DNA of 64,000 nucleotides from an uncultured Verrucomicrobia subdivision 3 bacterium (GTDB lineage: Bacteria > Verrucomicrobiota > Verrucomicrobiia > Limisphaerales > UBA11358): the NCBI GenBank assembly GCA_903884535.1, contig CAISEZ010000018.1, positions 9,482-73,481 of the forward strand, written 5' to 3'. Positions within the stretch are counted from its first letter, which is position 1. Each line of letters starts with the position of its first letter. Below the pieces are notes generated by a model that was given only the letters and a program-made list of their open reading frames with translations, made no database searches and was not told the origin of the DNA. Shown here in pieces: positions 17,036 to 25,851 of the stretch. A program made the position numbers and the translations under genes.

Positions 17036-17485
17036 TCAGATTTTTATTTTCTGTTCGAGGAAATAGGTTTCCCCGCCGGCGATCCATTTCACGCGCACCA
17101 GCCAGAGGCCGGCGGTGAGTCGGGAAACATCCAACGTCTGCGTGCCATCGGCGCGCGGCTCCAGTTGCAACGTCTGATCCAATTTCGGGTCGGCGGGCCG
17201 ATAAAGTTCAATCGTGCCAGCCAGCTTTTGCGCAAGTTGCATGGCTGGCACGGTGATGACGACCTTGCCGCTACTGGCATCGGCGGTAATCGCCGCACCG
17301 GATTTTTGGGCGCGCGCAGCGCCGTTGATCTGATCCTGGAACGTCAGTTCCTGTTCGTAGTAATTTTCACTGACCATGCTGTCGTGATGCGTTGAGGCGA
17401 TCACGATCACCGTGGTCAGGCCGCAAAAGAACAAACCAAACGCGGCGAGAATGCCAAAGGGCCAGAAGTTGCGGGCGGTTTTCAT
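17036..17485 (-). CDS. ccoH: FixH/CcoH family protein
   Basis: 149 aa. It has the N-terminal TM segment NFWPFGILAAF.. and sits downstream of ccoG. Confidence 0.8.
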   Translation of the reverse strand: MKTARNFWPFGILAAFGLFFCGLTTVIVIASTHHDSMVSENYYEQELTFQDQINGAARAQKSGAAITADASSGKVVITVPAMQLAQKLAGTIELYRPADPKLDQTLQLEPRADGTQTLDVSRLTAGLWLVRVKWIAGGETYFLEQKIKI

Positions 17486-17488
17486 AAT

Positions 17489-18958
17489 TTAATTGCGCGG
17501 GCCGATGAAGGCCGTTTTAAGGGTCTGCACTTTTTTGCCGCCGGAATAAACGCCAATCACCAACGGCGTGGTGCCAGATTTCATGGCCGCCGGATCCAGT
17601 TCAATGAGCACAGAACTTTCTGAAAGCTTTTGCGCGGCGACGACGATGCTGCCCTGCCCCATCACGCTCAAGCCGCCGGCGGGATTTTCCAGCCGCAATT
17701 CGACCGGCAATTCCCGCGAGGTTTTGTTGACGACGCGCACGGTGTAAAGATTACTGAAATGGCCGTCGGGCATTTGTTGGAACATCGAACCCGGCGCGCG
17801 CAAGACCGTGGCCTCGACATCGGCCCGCGTGAATAGCATCAGCCCCAAAATGGTCGTCAGCACGAGCAGGACGACGCAATAGCCCGCGAGGCGCGGCGTG
17901 AAGCGCAGCGGTTCGCGGCGTTCAATGCCGTTGAGCGACGCGTAACGAATCAGGCCGCGCGGCGCTCCGATTTTGCTCATCACATGGTCGCAGGCATCAA
18001 TGCACGCGGTGCAATGGACGCATTCCATCTGTGTGCCATCGCGGATGTCAATGCCGGTCGGACAGACGGAAACGCACTGATTGCATGCGATGCAATCGCC
18101 GTTGCCGGTTTGCCAGCGCTCGGTGAATTTCTGCTCGTGTTTGAGCGGACCGCGTTTTTCGCCGCGCGTATGGTCATAAGCAACGACGATGGAATTTTCG
18201 TCAAGCAAGACGGATTGAAAACGGCCATACGGACAAATAAAGGTGCAGGCCTGTTCGCGGAATCGCGCAAAGATGCCGTAGAACAAGAGCGAAAAGGCGA
18301 TCATGAACGACAGGCCCGCCAAATGGCGAGCCGGCGGATCGACGATAATTTGATATAACTGCTGCCAGCCGATGATGTAGCTCAACAGCACATTGCCGAC
18401 AATAAATGAGAGGGCATAAAAAATCGCGTGTTTGAGTAGTTTCCGCGCAATTTTTTTCAGGCTCCATGCCGCCTGGTTCAAGACGCGTTGCTGGTGCGAG
18501 TCGCCTTCCAGAAAATATTCAATTTTTCGAAAAACCATTTCCATCATCACTGTTTGCGGACACGCCCAACCACACCAGACACGCCCAAATGCGGCGGTGA
18601 AAATGACGATGCTCGTGAGACCAACCAACACCGCGATGGCAAAAATGATCATGTCCTGCGGCCAGAAAATCTGGCCCAGCACCACGAACTTGCGTTCGAC
18701 GATGTTCATCATCAAAAGCGGATTGCCGCGGATGGTGACGAACGGACCGGTGAACATGATCGCCAGCAGCAGCCAACTGAACCAGGTGCGCCAGCGGTAA
18801 AACCGGCCGCTGACTTTGCGCGGATAAATCCATCGGCGCCGGCCATCCTTTTCGGCCGTGGCAATGTGGTCGCGGAAGTCGGACCAATTCACGGGTTGAG
18901 CCGTGGGTTTGTCTTCGGCTGCCCTTTTTTTGTCCAGCGATGTTGGATCAGGATTCAA
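17489..18958 (-). CDS. ccoG: cbb3 oxidase accessory 4Fe-4S protein CcoG/FixG
   Basis: 489 aa. It has the CxxCxxCxxxCP motif (CIACNQCVSVCPTGIDIR), TM helices and a C-terminal Ig-like region. Confidence 0.9.
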   Translation of the reverse strand: MNPDPTSLDKKRAAEDKPTAQPVNWSDFRDHIATAEKDGRRRWIYPRKVSGRFYRWRTWFSWLLLAIMFTGPFVTIRGNPLLMMNIVERKFVVLGQIFWPQDMIIFAIAVLVGLTSIVIFTAAFGRVWCGWACPQTVMMEMVFRKIEYFLEGDSHQQRVLNQAAWSLKKIARKLLKHAIFYALSFIVGNVLLSYIIGWQQLYQIIVDPPARHLAGLSFMIAFSLLFYGIFARFREQACTFICPYGRFQSVLLDENSIVVAYDHTRGEKRGPLKHEQKFTERWQTGNGDCIACNQCVSVCPTGIDIRDGTQMECVHCTACIDACDHVMSKIGAPRGLIRYASLNGIERREPLRFTPRLAGYCVVLLVLTTILGLMLFTRADVEATVLRAPGSMFQQMPDGHFSNLYTVRVVNKTSRELPVELRLENPAGGLSVMGQGSIVVAAQKLSESSVLIELDPAAMKSGTTPLVIGVYSGGKKVQTLKTAFIGPRN

Positions 18959-19019
18959 TTGATTTTGCGGAGAATTTTATCCCGCCCGATTCCTTTTCCG
19001 GGAAGCGGGCGGGACAAGT

Positions 19020-19610
19020 TTATTCAAACTGGCTCGGACCGGTCTTCACCGGCGTTTGATTTTCCGGCAGCTTGCCGGGCGTGGCGAGCTTGGCACCGCG
19101 CAAGGTGTAGATGTAACTGGCCACGGACTGGATTTCATCCGGTTTCAAAACCGTTTTCCAAGTGATCATGCCCTTGGCGGGCACGCCGTCCCAAATGACT
19201 TTCACGGTGTCGGTGTAATTGCTGCCGTGAATCCAATAATCATCCGTCAGGTTCGGGCCAACCAGTCCGCCGCCGTCGGCGCGATGGCACGGGGCACAGA
19301 ATTTGGCGTAAGACTGGCGGCCATTTTCCAACACCATCGCGTCGGAGGACGGTGTCAGTGTGGACAGGCCAGACTCGAACTTACCCATCGCCGCATTTTT
19401 TACCACCGCGCCAGCTTTCATTTCCTGGTCATATTCGGCTGCCGACAAATTGCCGGTGCGCGTGACGTGAAAATAAACCAGATAAATCGCCGCGTAGATG
19501 ATCGTGATGTAAAACAACCAAACCCACCAGCGCGGCAGGTTGTTGTCCAGTTCTTGAATGCCGTCGTAGTTGTGGTCGAGCAGCAAAGGTTCTTTGGGAT
19601 CATTGCTCAT
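19020..19610 (-). CDS. ccoP: cbb3 oxidase subunit III CcoP (single CxxCH)
   Basis: 196 aa. It has DHNYDGIQELDNNLPRWW and one haem site, CAPCH. Confidence 0.85.
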   Translation of the reverse strand: MSNDPKEPLLLDHNYDGIQELDNNLPRWWVWLFYITIIYAAIYLVYFHVTRTGNLSAAEYDQEMKAGAVVKNAAMGKFESGLSTLTPSSDAMVLENGRQSYAKFCAPCHRADGGGLVGPNLTDDYWIHGSNYTDTVKVIWDGVPAKGMITWKTVLKPDEIQSVASYIYTLRGAKLATPGKLPENQTPVKTGPSQFE

Positions 19611-19807
19611 AATGTTGTCGGTTGATTTTTGTCCGTTGAATTTTTTTCGCTGCCATCGAGCGGCAGGTCTTCCATGTGTTTAAGATAATTTTTCTTGAGG
19701 CTGACCACCCAAAGAAATGTGCCAGTGAAAAAGGTGAAGCAGATCAAAATGGAAATGACTCCATAAATTCCGACACCTTCAATGCCGCAAATGACTTTCT
19801 GTTCCAT
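19607..19807 (-). CDS. ccoQ: CcoQ/FixQ-like small membrane protein
   Basis: 66 aa beginning MEQKVICGIEGVGIYGVISILICFTFFTGTFLWVV... It lies between ccoNO and ccoP, with an ATGA overlap onto the ccoP start. Confidence 0.7.
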   Translation of the reverse strand: MEQKVICGIEGVGIYGVISILICFTFFTGTFLWVVSLKKNYLKHMEDLPLDGSEKNSTDKNQPTTL

Positions 19808-19812
19808 ATAAG

Positions 19813-21969
19813 TTATTTGGCTGCGGTGGTGACCGGTGCGTTCTTGATGTCCGTGCCCAGCCGTTGCAGATAGGCGATGAGCGCAACGATATCCTTGTCC
19901 GGCTCGGCGTTGACCGAACCCAGCTTCAGATTGGCGACAATCTTTTCCGCCTGCGCCTGCAAATCTTTTTGCGCCGGACCATTTTCGTAGCCGGCGGGAT
20001 ACGGCACGCCAATGCGCCGCAAGGCGCTCAGCCGCCACGGCAATGAATCCATTTCCATTTTTTGCGTCAGCAGCCACGGATACCGCGGCATGATCGAACC
20101 CGGCGAAGTCGAGCGCGGATCGTCCATGTGGTTGTAATGCCACGCATCGGGATAACGTCCGCCTTCGCGCGCGAGGTCCGGGCCTTTGCGCTCCGAGCCC
20201 CAGAGGAATGGATGGTCATAGACAAATTCACCGGCCTTGGAGTATTCGCCGTAGCGCTCGGTCTCAGAACGAAACGGCCGGATCATCTGCGAATGGCAGC
20301 CGAGACAGCCTTCGCGGATGTAAACGTCGCGGCCCAAAACTTCCAGCGGCGTGTAAGGATGCACGCTGGCAATGGTCGGAACGTTTTCTTTGACCAGATA
20401 CATCGGAATGATTTCGACGATGCCGCCGATGAGAATTGCGACGACCGCCAGCACGGTGAAGATCATCGGTTTGCCTTCCAGCATCCGGTGCCAGCTCAGT
20501 TTCCCGTGCGCGCCGGAACTGACTGTTTTTTCCAGCGGTGCGGCCTGCACTTCCGTGTCCGGTTCGAATTCACCGGCCTTGGCCGTGCGATACAGATTGT
20601 AGGCCATCATGAACACGCCGACGAGATAGAGAGTGCCGCCGATCGCACGAAGCCGGAGCATCGGGACAATTTGCACGATGGTTTCCAGGAAGTTCGGGTA
20701 TTGCAGAAAGCCGTCTTTATTGAACTGTTTCCACATCAAACCTTCCGTGATGCCGGCGACATAAATCGGGATGATGTAAAACATGATGCCGAGCAGCCCG
20801 ATCCAGAAATGGTAGTTGGCCAGCTTCGTGGACCAGAGCTGGGTTTTGTAAAGGCGCGGATATAAAAAGTAGAGCATCGAAAAAGTTAAAAATCCGTTCC
20901 AGCCCAGCGCACCGGAATGGGCGTGCGCGATCGTCCAGTCGGTGTAATGTGACAAGGAGTTCACCGTTTTGATGGCCATCACCGGACCTTCAAGCGTCGC
21001 CATGCCGTAAGCCGTAACCGCAACGACCATGAATTTCAGCACGGGATCCTGACGCACTTTGTCCCAGACGCCTCGCAAAGTGAGCAGGCCGTTCAGCATG
21101 CCGCCCCAACTCGGCGCGATCAGCATCAGCGAGAAAACCATGCCCAGCGATTGCGCCCAGTCGGGCAGCGCGGTGTAAAGTAAATGATGCGGCCCGGCCC
21201 AGATGTAGAGGAAAATCAAACCCCAGAAATGAATGATCGAAAGCCGGTAGCTGAACACTGGCCGGTTCGCCGCCTTTGGAAGAAAATAATACATCAGGCC
21301 GAGATACGGTGTCGTGAGGAAAAACGCCACGGCGTTGTGGCCATACCACCATTGCACCAGCGCGTCCTGCACGCCGGCATACATCGAGTAACTCTTGAAC
21401 CAGCCGGCCGGCATCGTCATCGAATTGGTGACGTGCAGCACCGCGACTGTGAGCGCCGTCGCCAGATAAAACCAGATCGCGACATACATGTGTTTTTCCC
21501 GGCGCTTTAAAATGGTTCCGATCAAATTGACCGTGAACGCGACCCATACGACGGCAATGGCAATCTTAATAGGCCATTCGAGTTCCGCGTATTCCTTGCT
21601 GGTCGTGAAGCCGAGCGGCAGCGTCAACGCGGCGCTGACGATGATGGATTGCCAGCCCCAAAAATGGAACCAGCTGATAAAATCACTGAACATGCGCGCC
21701 TTGCACAGCCGTTGCAGCGAATAGTAAATGCCCATGAACATGCCGTTGCCGACGAATGCGAAAATCACCGCGTTCGTGTGCAGCGGCCGGATGCGGCCAA
21801 AGGTGATGAACTGCAAATTCAGGTTCGCATCCGGAAAAAACAACTGCACGGCGGCGAGCAAGCCCACCAGCATGCCGACGATGCCCCAGACGACGGTCGC
21901 AATCGCGAAGGCGCGCACGATCCGGTTGTCATATTTGAAGGTTTCTACATTCATAATTTTTCGTTTCAA
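19813..21969 (-). CDS. ccoNO: fused cbb3-type cytochrome c oxidase subunits I and II (CcoN-CcoO)
   Basis: 718 aa. A haem-copper oxidase TM core is followed by a CcoO part with CLGCHSQMIRPF. Confidence 0.95.
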   Translation of the reverse strand: MKRKIMNVETFKYDNRIVRAFAIATVVWGIVGMLVGLLAAVQLFFPDANLNLQFITFGRIRPLHTNAVIFAFVGNGMFMGIYYSLQRLCKARMFSDFISWFHFWGWQSIIVSAALTLPLGFTTSKEYAELEWPIKIAIAVVWVAFTVNLIGTILKRREKHMYVAIWFYLATALTVAVLHVTNSMTMPAGWFKSYSMYAGVQDALVQWWYGHNAVAFFLTTPYLGLMYYFLPKAANRPVFSYRLSIIHFWGLIFLYIWAGPHHLLYTALPDWAQSLGMVFSLMLIAPSWGGMLNGLLTLRGVWDKVRQDPVLKFMVVAVTAYGMATLEGPVMAIKTVNSLSHYTDWTIAHAHSGALGWNGFLTFSMLYFLYPRLYKTQLWSTKLANYHFWIGLLGIMFYIIPIYVAGITEGLMWKQFNKDGFLQYPNFLETIVQIVPMLRLRAIGGTLYLVGVFMMAYNLYRTAKAGEFEPDTEVQAAPLEKTVSSGAHGKLSWHRMLEGKPMIFTVLAVVAILIGGIVEIIPMYLVKENVPTIASVHPYTPLEVLGRDVYIREGCLGCHSQMIRPFRSETERYGEYSKAGEFVYDHPFLWGSERKGPDLAREGGRYPDAWHYNHMDDPRSTSPGSIMPRYPWLLTQKMEMDSLPWRLSALRRIGVPYPAGYENGPAQKDLQAQAEKIVANLKLGSVNAEPDKDIVALIAYLQRLGTDIKNAPVTTAAK

Positions 21970-22030
21970 AAATTTTCAGTTCAACTATTGGCGGCGCAGC
22001 CCCCCGGCCGCGCAGCCGATTTTTCCAAGA

Positions 22031-22960
22031 CTAAAACCGCCAGACCACGTCCGCCGTGATGCGTCCTTCAAAAATGCCCACCGGGTCAATCACGCCGGCT
22101 TCGTAAGCCACGCCGGCATCCAGACTTTTGGTGAACCGAGTGCGGATACCGCCGCCGACCGTCAATTGGGTCGTGCCGGAGGCATTGGCGGAACCGAAGT
22201 TGATGAGGTCATAACCTTCGGTGTTGAGCGGCACGGCGTTCAAAGACTGGCTTGCGGTGTTCTTGCCGTTGGAAAGAATGGTGTAGCCGTTCGCCGCGAA
22301 GAACGGGATGAACCATTGGCAGATGTAATAATCCAGCTGCAAACTGTAATGCAGCTGCGCCGTCTGGTGGTCAAAGTCGTTCGGGATGTTGACGCCCGCG
22401 TTGCCGGTGACGTGAAAATTATCAAAGCCTTTTTCCGCCGAGACGAAGATGTTTTCCACTCCTTCACCGTGGCCTTGGTAAACGTCCGTGCTGCCGGTGG
22501 GAATCGTGACCGTGAATCCCGGCGTCAGGATGAACTGTTCATCCGCATCGTTCACCACGGCATATTTCAAACCGGCCGCCAGATCAGCGAAACCGTAGTG
22601 ATGCGCCAGCGTGTGGTCCGGCTGAAATTCAATGTAGCCGTCCTTCGATGCGATCAGCGCGAGCCGGTCATTGATGGCGTAGCGCAATTGCACCGCGAAC
22701 ACCTGCACCTGACCGCCCAGCTTCACCGGCACGCCTTTGTCACCATAATAATGGAACGTGTCCGGCAAGATATGATCCATGTAAACTCCATGCACCTCGC
22801 TGTTGATTTTGGGATCTTCAAACAGGATCGGGTTGGACACCGGTGAAATAGTGTTGTCCAGCCAACTCGCGTTACCGGAACTGAAAGCACCCGTCGTGGT
22901 TGCTGCCAACACCAGCGCGGCCGCGCTGGCTTGTCCTGTTCTACCAATTTTCGATTTCAT
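22031..22960 (-). CDS. outer-membrane beta-barrel protein (MetA-pathway/transporter-like)
   Basis: ATG 22960 opens MKSKIGRTGQASAAALVLAATTTGAFS. The sequence has alternating beta-strand patterning and a C-terminal ..DVVWRF. Confidence 0.6.
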   Translation of the reverse strand: MKSKIGRTGQASAAALVLAATTTGAFSSGNASWLDNTISPVSNPILFEDPKINSEVHGVYMDHILPDTFHYYGDKGVPVKLGGQVQVFAVQLRYAINDRLALIASKDGYIEFQPDHTLAHHYGFADLAAGLKYAVVNDADEQFILTPGFTVTIPTGSTDVYQGHGEGVENIFVSAEKGFDNFHVTGNAGVNIPNDFDHQTAQLHYSLQLDYYICQWFIPFFAANGYTILSNGKNTASQSLNAVPLNTEGYDLINFGSANASGTTQLTVGGGIRTRFTKSLDAGVAYEAGVIDPVGIFEGRITADVVWRF

Positions 22961-23190
22961 TTTATTATTTTGCTTGTCCGCTCCGAGGTTTGTTTTGAAA
23001 CCGAAAGTGGAGCGACTGGACTTTCGGTTTTTTGTAAAATATTTTTGCTCGGTGCATCGTCGAGCAACATGCGCAGGGAAGGCGTCAAGGTGTCCTCGTA
23101 TTGCCCGCTGCGGACCGACCAGATAAACGCGCCTAGGAAAATCAGGCCGACGACAAGGCTCGCAAGAATGAGGACGATAAGGACGCTCAT
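22957..23190 (-). CDS. ccoS: cbb3 oxidase maturation protein CcoS/FixS
   Basis: It begins MSVLIVLILASLVVGLIFLGAFIWSVRSGQYED. It has ATGA overlaps with the ccoI stop and the OMP start. Confidence 0.85.
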   Translation of the reverse strand: MSVLIVLILASLVVGLIFLGAFIWSVRSGQYEDTLTPSLRMLLDDAPSKNILQKTESPVAPLSVSKQTSERTSKIIK

Positions 23191-25763
23191 GCCGCCTCCT
23201 TCGTGACAAGTTGGGAGTTAAAAGGTGAAATTTCAGAACAACTCCGATTAGGACCCTCAATGCTCAAATCCCCAACCATCAACTTTCTTCCCAGCCAGGC
23301 AGTCGTTCCGCAGGCGAACACCACAATGGTCGCCGAACTTAGCGGCATTAAGATGGCGCAGACGATCGGCGACAAAATACCCGCGGCGGCGATGCTCACG
23401 CCGACCAAATTATAAAGCGCCGAGATGACAAAGCCGGCGCGCACCACGCGTGCCGCGCTGCGGGAAAAATTCAAAACTTGGGTCAGCCGGGGCAGTTCCG
23501 CCGCGTCGAGAATCACGTCGCTGGCCGGGGAAAAAATCCCGACCTGCTCGACGACCGCCACGCCGACATCTGCCTGTTTCAACGCGCCCGCGTCATTGAG
23601 GCCGTCGCCGACCATCATCACCCTGCGGCCACACGCTTGGAGTTCGCGCACGAAATTTAATTTATCCGCCGGGCTTTGGTTGAATTTCAGAATCGCGCGA
23701 CCGCCAAATAATTTAGCAAATCGCTCCGCCTCGCGCTCGTTGTCACCGCTCAACAGCGCCAGTTCAAATCGGTCGCCGAGCTCCGTCAGAAGCTGCGCGA
23801 CTTCGGGCCGCAGCGAGTTTTCCAGCCGGAATTCGCCGCGCCAAACGCCATCAATGGCCACGCCCACCGCACTGCCGGATTTAGGCTGGCCTGAAATAAT
23901 GTCGGGGCAAGCCGGCACGCCGCAATATTCCAGCCAGGCCTGCGAGCCGAGCAAAATCTTGTGTCCCGCAACTTCGCCTTCCACGCCGCAGCCCGGCGTT
24001 TCCTTGAAACCGGCAACCGGCAAAACCTTAAATGAAAGTGCTTTCGAAATGCGGACGGAATTCGGATGCGTCGAATGCCGCGCCAGCGATCCAATCCATG
24101 AATTTTCCTCCGCGCTCAAGTCGCCACGTTTTGCTTCTGCATTCTGCATTCTTCCTTCTGCCCCCAAAAACTCCACGCCGCGCGCGTCGGCGCAGGTAAT
24201 GGTTCCGGTTTTGTCCAAGACAATTGCGTCCACCGCTGCCATGCGCTCAATGACCAGCGCATTTTTCAAAAAGATTTTCATCCGCGCCAAGATGCGTTGC
24301 GCGGTGCCGTGCGTCAGGGGTGCCGCCAGCGCGAGCGCGCACGGGCAGGCTACAATCAAAACCGACGTGAAGGCTTTCAGCGCTTTTGCCAAGTCGCTAA
24401 AAAACCAAAACACCGCCGCCGCCACCGCAATCCCGACGACCATTTTCGTGAAACGGCGGCTATAACGGTTGGTGAGCGAGTCGAGGTCGTCGTCGGTGTT
24501 TTTGCGGAACGCCTCGTTGTTCCAAAGCGTTGCCAGGTAGCTTTGCGCGACCGGCTTGGTGGTTTCCACTTCGATGGCGCCACCCACCTGACGACCGCCG
24601 GCGAACAGATGCTTGCCGATTTCGCAGGCGACTGGCTCCGCTTCGCCGGTGACAAAACTGTAATCTAGAAAAGCTTCGCCACTGACAAGTTTTGCGTCCG
24701 CCGGCAACAGTTCACCGTTCCGTAAAATCAAATGGTCGCCCGTTTGCAGTTGTGAAAGCGCGACGCTGGTTTCGCCGGCGAAACTTTTCCGGACGACCGA
24801 TAACGGGAAAAAGCCTTTGTAATCGCGGTCAAACGTGAGCCGGTCGTAAGTTCGTTTTTGGAATAAACGGCCGCACAGCAGAAAAAATATCAAGCCGCAC
24901 AGCGAATCGCAAAAACCGGGGCCGCGCTGGGAAACCACTTCAAACGCGCTGGTCAGATAAATCGCCGTCAAACCGATCACAATGGGCACTTCCATCGTCA
25001 GCGCACGCTGGCGAAAGCTCAACCGCGCCGCGCGCCAGAAATCCGACGCGCTGAACGTCACCACCGGCAGTGCGAACGCGAGGCTCAGCCAGCCGGCGAT
25101 GGCTTTGAACCACGGGCCATTGAACGAATCGAGCCCGAAATAAAACGGCAGCGACATCAGCATGATGTTGCCAAATGCAAAGCCGGCGAGGCCGATTTGC
25201 AGCCAAGCTTTTTTCCGCCACGGCGACGGCTTGGCCTTTTCCGTTTCGCCAAAGGTCAGTTCTGGTTCGTAACCGATGGACGCCAGCAGCGCGACCAGTT
25301 CGCTGAATTTTATTTTGCTCGGCGCAAAGGTGATGGCGGCTTCGCGCCGGGAAAAATTCACCTGCGAATGGCCGACGCCGGGATGCAGCTTGAACAGATT
25401 TTCCAGCAACCACACGCACGCGATGCAATGAATGGCCGGCAGATGTAGCGTGACCTTGGCCCGCGTGGAGTCCGCGTAATCGAACAATTTTTCCGACACC
25501 GCCGGGTCGTCGAGAAACGCCCATTTTGAGGCGGCAGCTGCGGCGCGAAAACGGGTGCCGGGAGCAGTGTTTAGTTCATAAAATTGTTCCAGCCCATTTT
25601 CGCGCAGCAAACTGAAAACGGTCTGGCAGCCGAAACAGCAGAAACTTCTTTCATCCAGCGTGAAGGCTCGGTCCGGACATGGCTCGCCACAATGAAAGCA
25701 GCCACCCGCCGCGCGCGGGGCGAGGTTGGGCGAGGTCGGCGTGGCTATGAATTGCTCCGGCAT
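23187..25763 (-). CDS. ccoI: copper-translocating P1B-type ATPase CcoI/FixI
   Basis: 858 aa. It has CPC (VACPCALALA), DKTGT and GDGLND, plus N-terminal Cys pairs. Confidence 0.9.
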   Translation of the reverse strand: MPEQFIATPTSPNLAPRAAGGCFHCGEPCPDRAFTLDERSFCCFGCQTVFSLLRENGLEQFYELNTAPGTRFRAAAAASKWAFLDDPAVSEKLFDYADSTRAKVTLHLPAIHCIACVWLLENLFKLHPGVGHSQVNFSRREAAITFAPSKIKFSELVALLASIGYEPELTFGETEKAKPSPWRKKAWLQIGLAGFAFGNIMLMSLPFYFGLDSFNGPWFKAIAGWLSLAFALPVVTFSASDFWRAARLSFRQRALTMEVPIVIGLTAIYLTSAFEVVSQRGPGFCDSLCGLIFFLLCGRLFQKRTYDRLTFDRDYKGFFPLSVVRKSFAGETSVALSQLQTGDHLILRNGELLPADAKLVSGEAFLDYSFVTGEAEPVACEIGKHLFAGGRQVGGAIEVETTKPVAQSYLATLWNNEAFRKNTDDDLDSLTNRYSRRFTKMVVGIAVAAAVFWFFSDLAKALKAFTSVLIVACPCALALAAPLTHGTAQRILARMKIFLKNALVIERMAAVDAIVLDKTGTITCADARGVEFLGAEGRMQNAEAKRGDLSAEENSWIGSLARHSTHPNSVRISKALSFKVLPVAGFKETPGCGVEGEVAGHKILLGSQAWLEYCGVPACPDIISGQPKSGSAVGVAIDGVWRGEFRLENSLRPEVAQLLTELGDRFELALLSGDNEREAERFAKLFGGRAILKFNQSPADKLNFVRELQACGRRVMMVGDGLNDAGALKQADVGVAVVEQVGIFSPASDVILDAAELPRLTQVLNFSRSAARVVRAGFVISALYNLVGVSIAAAGILSPIVCAILMPLSSATIVVFACGTTAWLGRKLMVGDLSIEGPNRSCSEISPFNSQLVTKEAA
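24135..24162 (+). repeat. TTCTGCA TTCTGCA TTCTTCC TTCTGCC heptamer tract inside ccoI
   Basis: Read directly on the + strand. On the coding (-) strand it gives ..GAEGRMQNAEAK... Confidence 0.85.
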
Positions 25764-25851
25764 CTATTGTCCGTGTTGGACAATAGTCTTGAAGAACCGG
25801 AATTTGCAGACTAACCAGATTTTAACAATGTATGCACCGTTTTTGCACAGG

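Noticed and set aside
19607-20143. A 178-aa ORF overlapping the ccoNO 3' end.
   Set aside because: Only the last 66 codons (from ATG 19807) lie outside ccoNO and match CcoQ/FixQ-like proteins. The upstream part is an out-of-frame overlap with a strongly supported gene.
22031-23260. A 409-aa version of the OMP ORF.
   Set aside because: The first 100 codons overlap ccoS and are Arg-rich with no signal peptide. The internal ATG at 22960 gives a normal signal peptide and an ATGA coupling to the ccoS stop.
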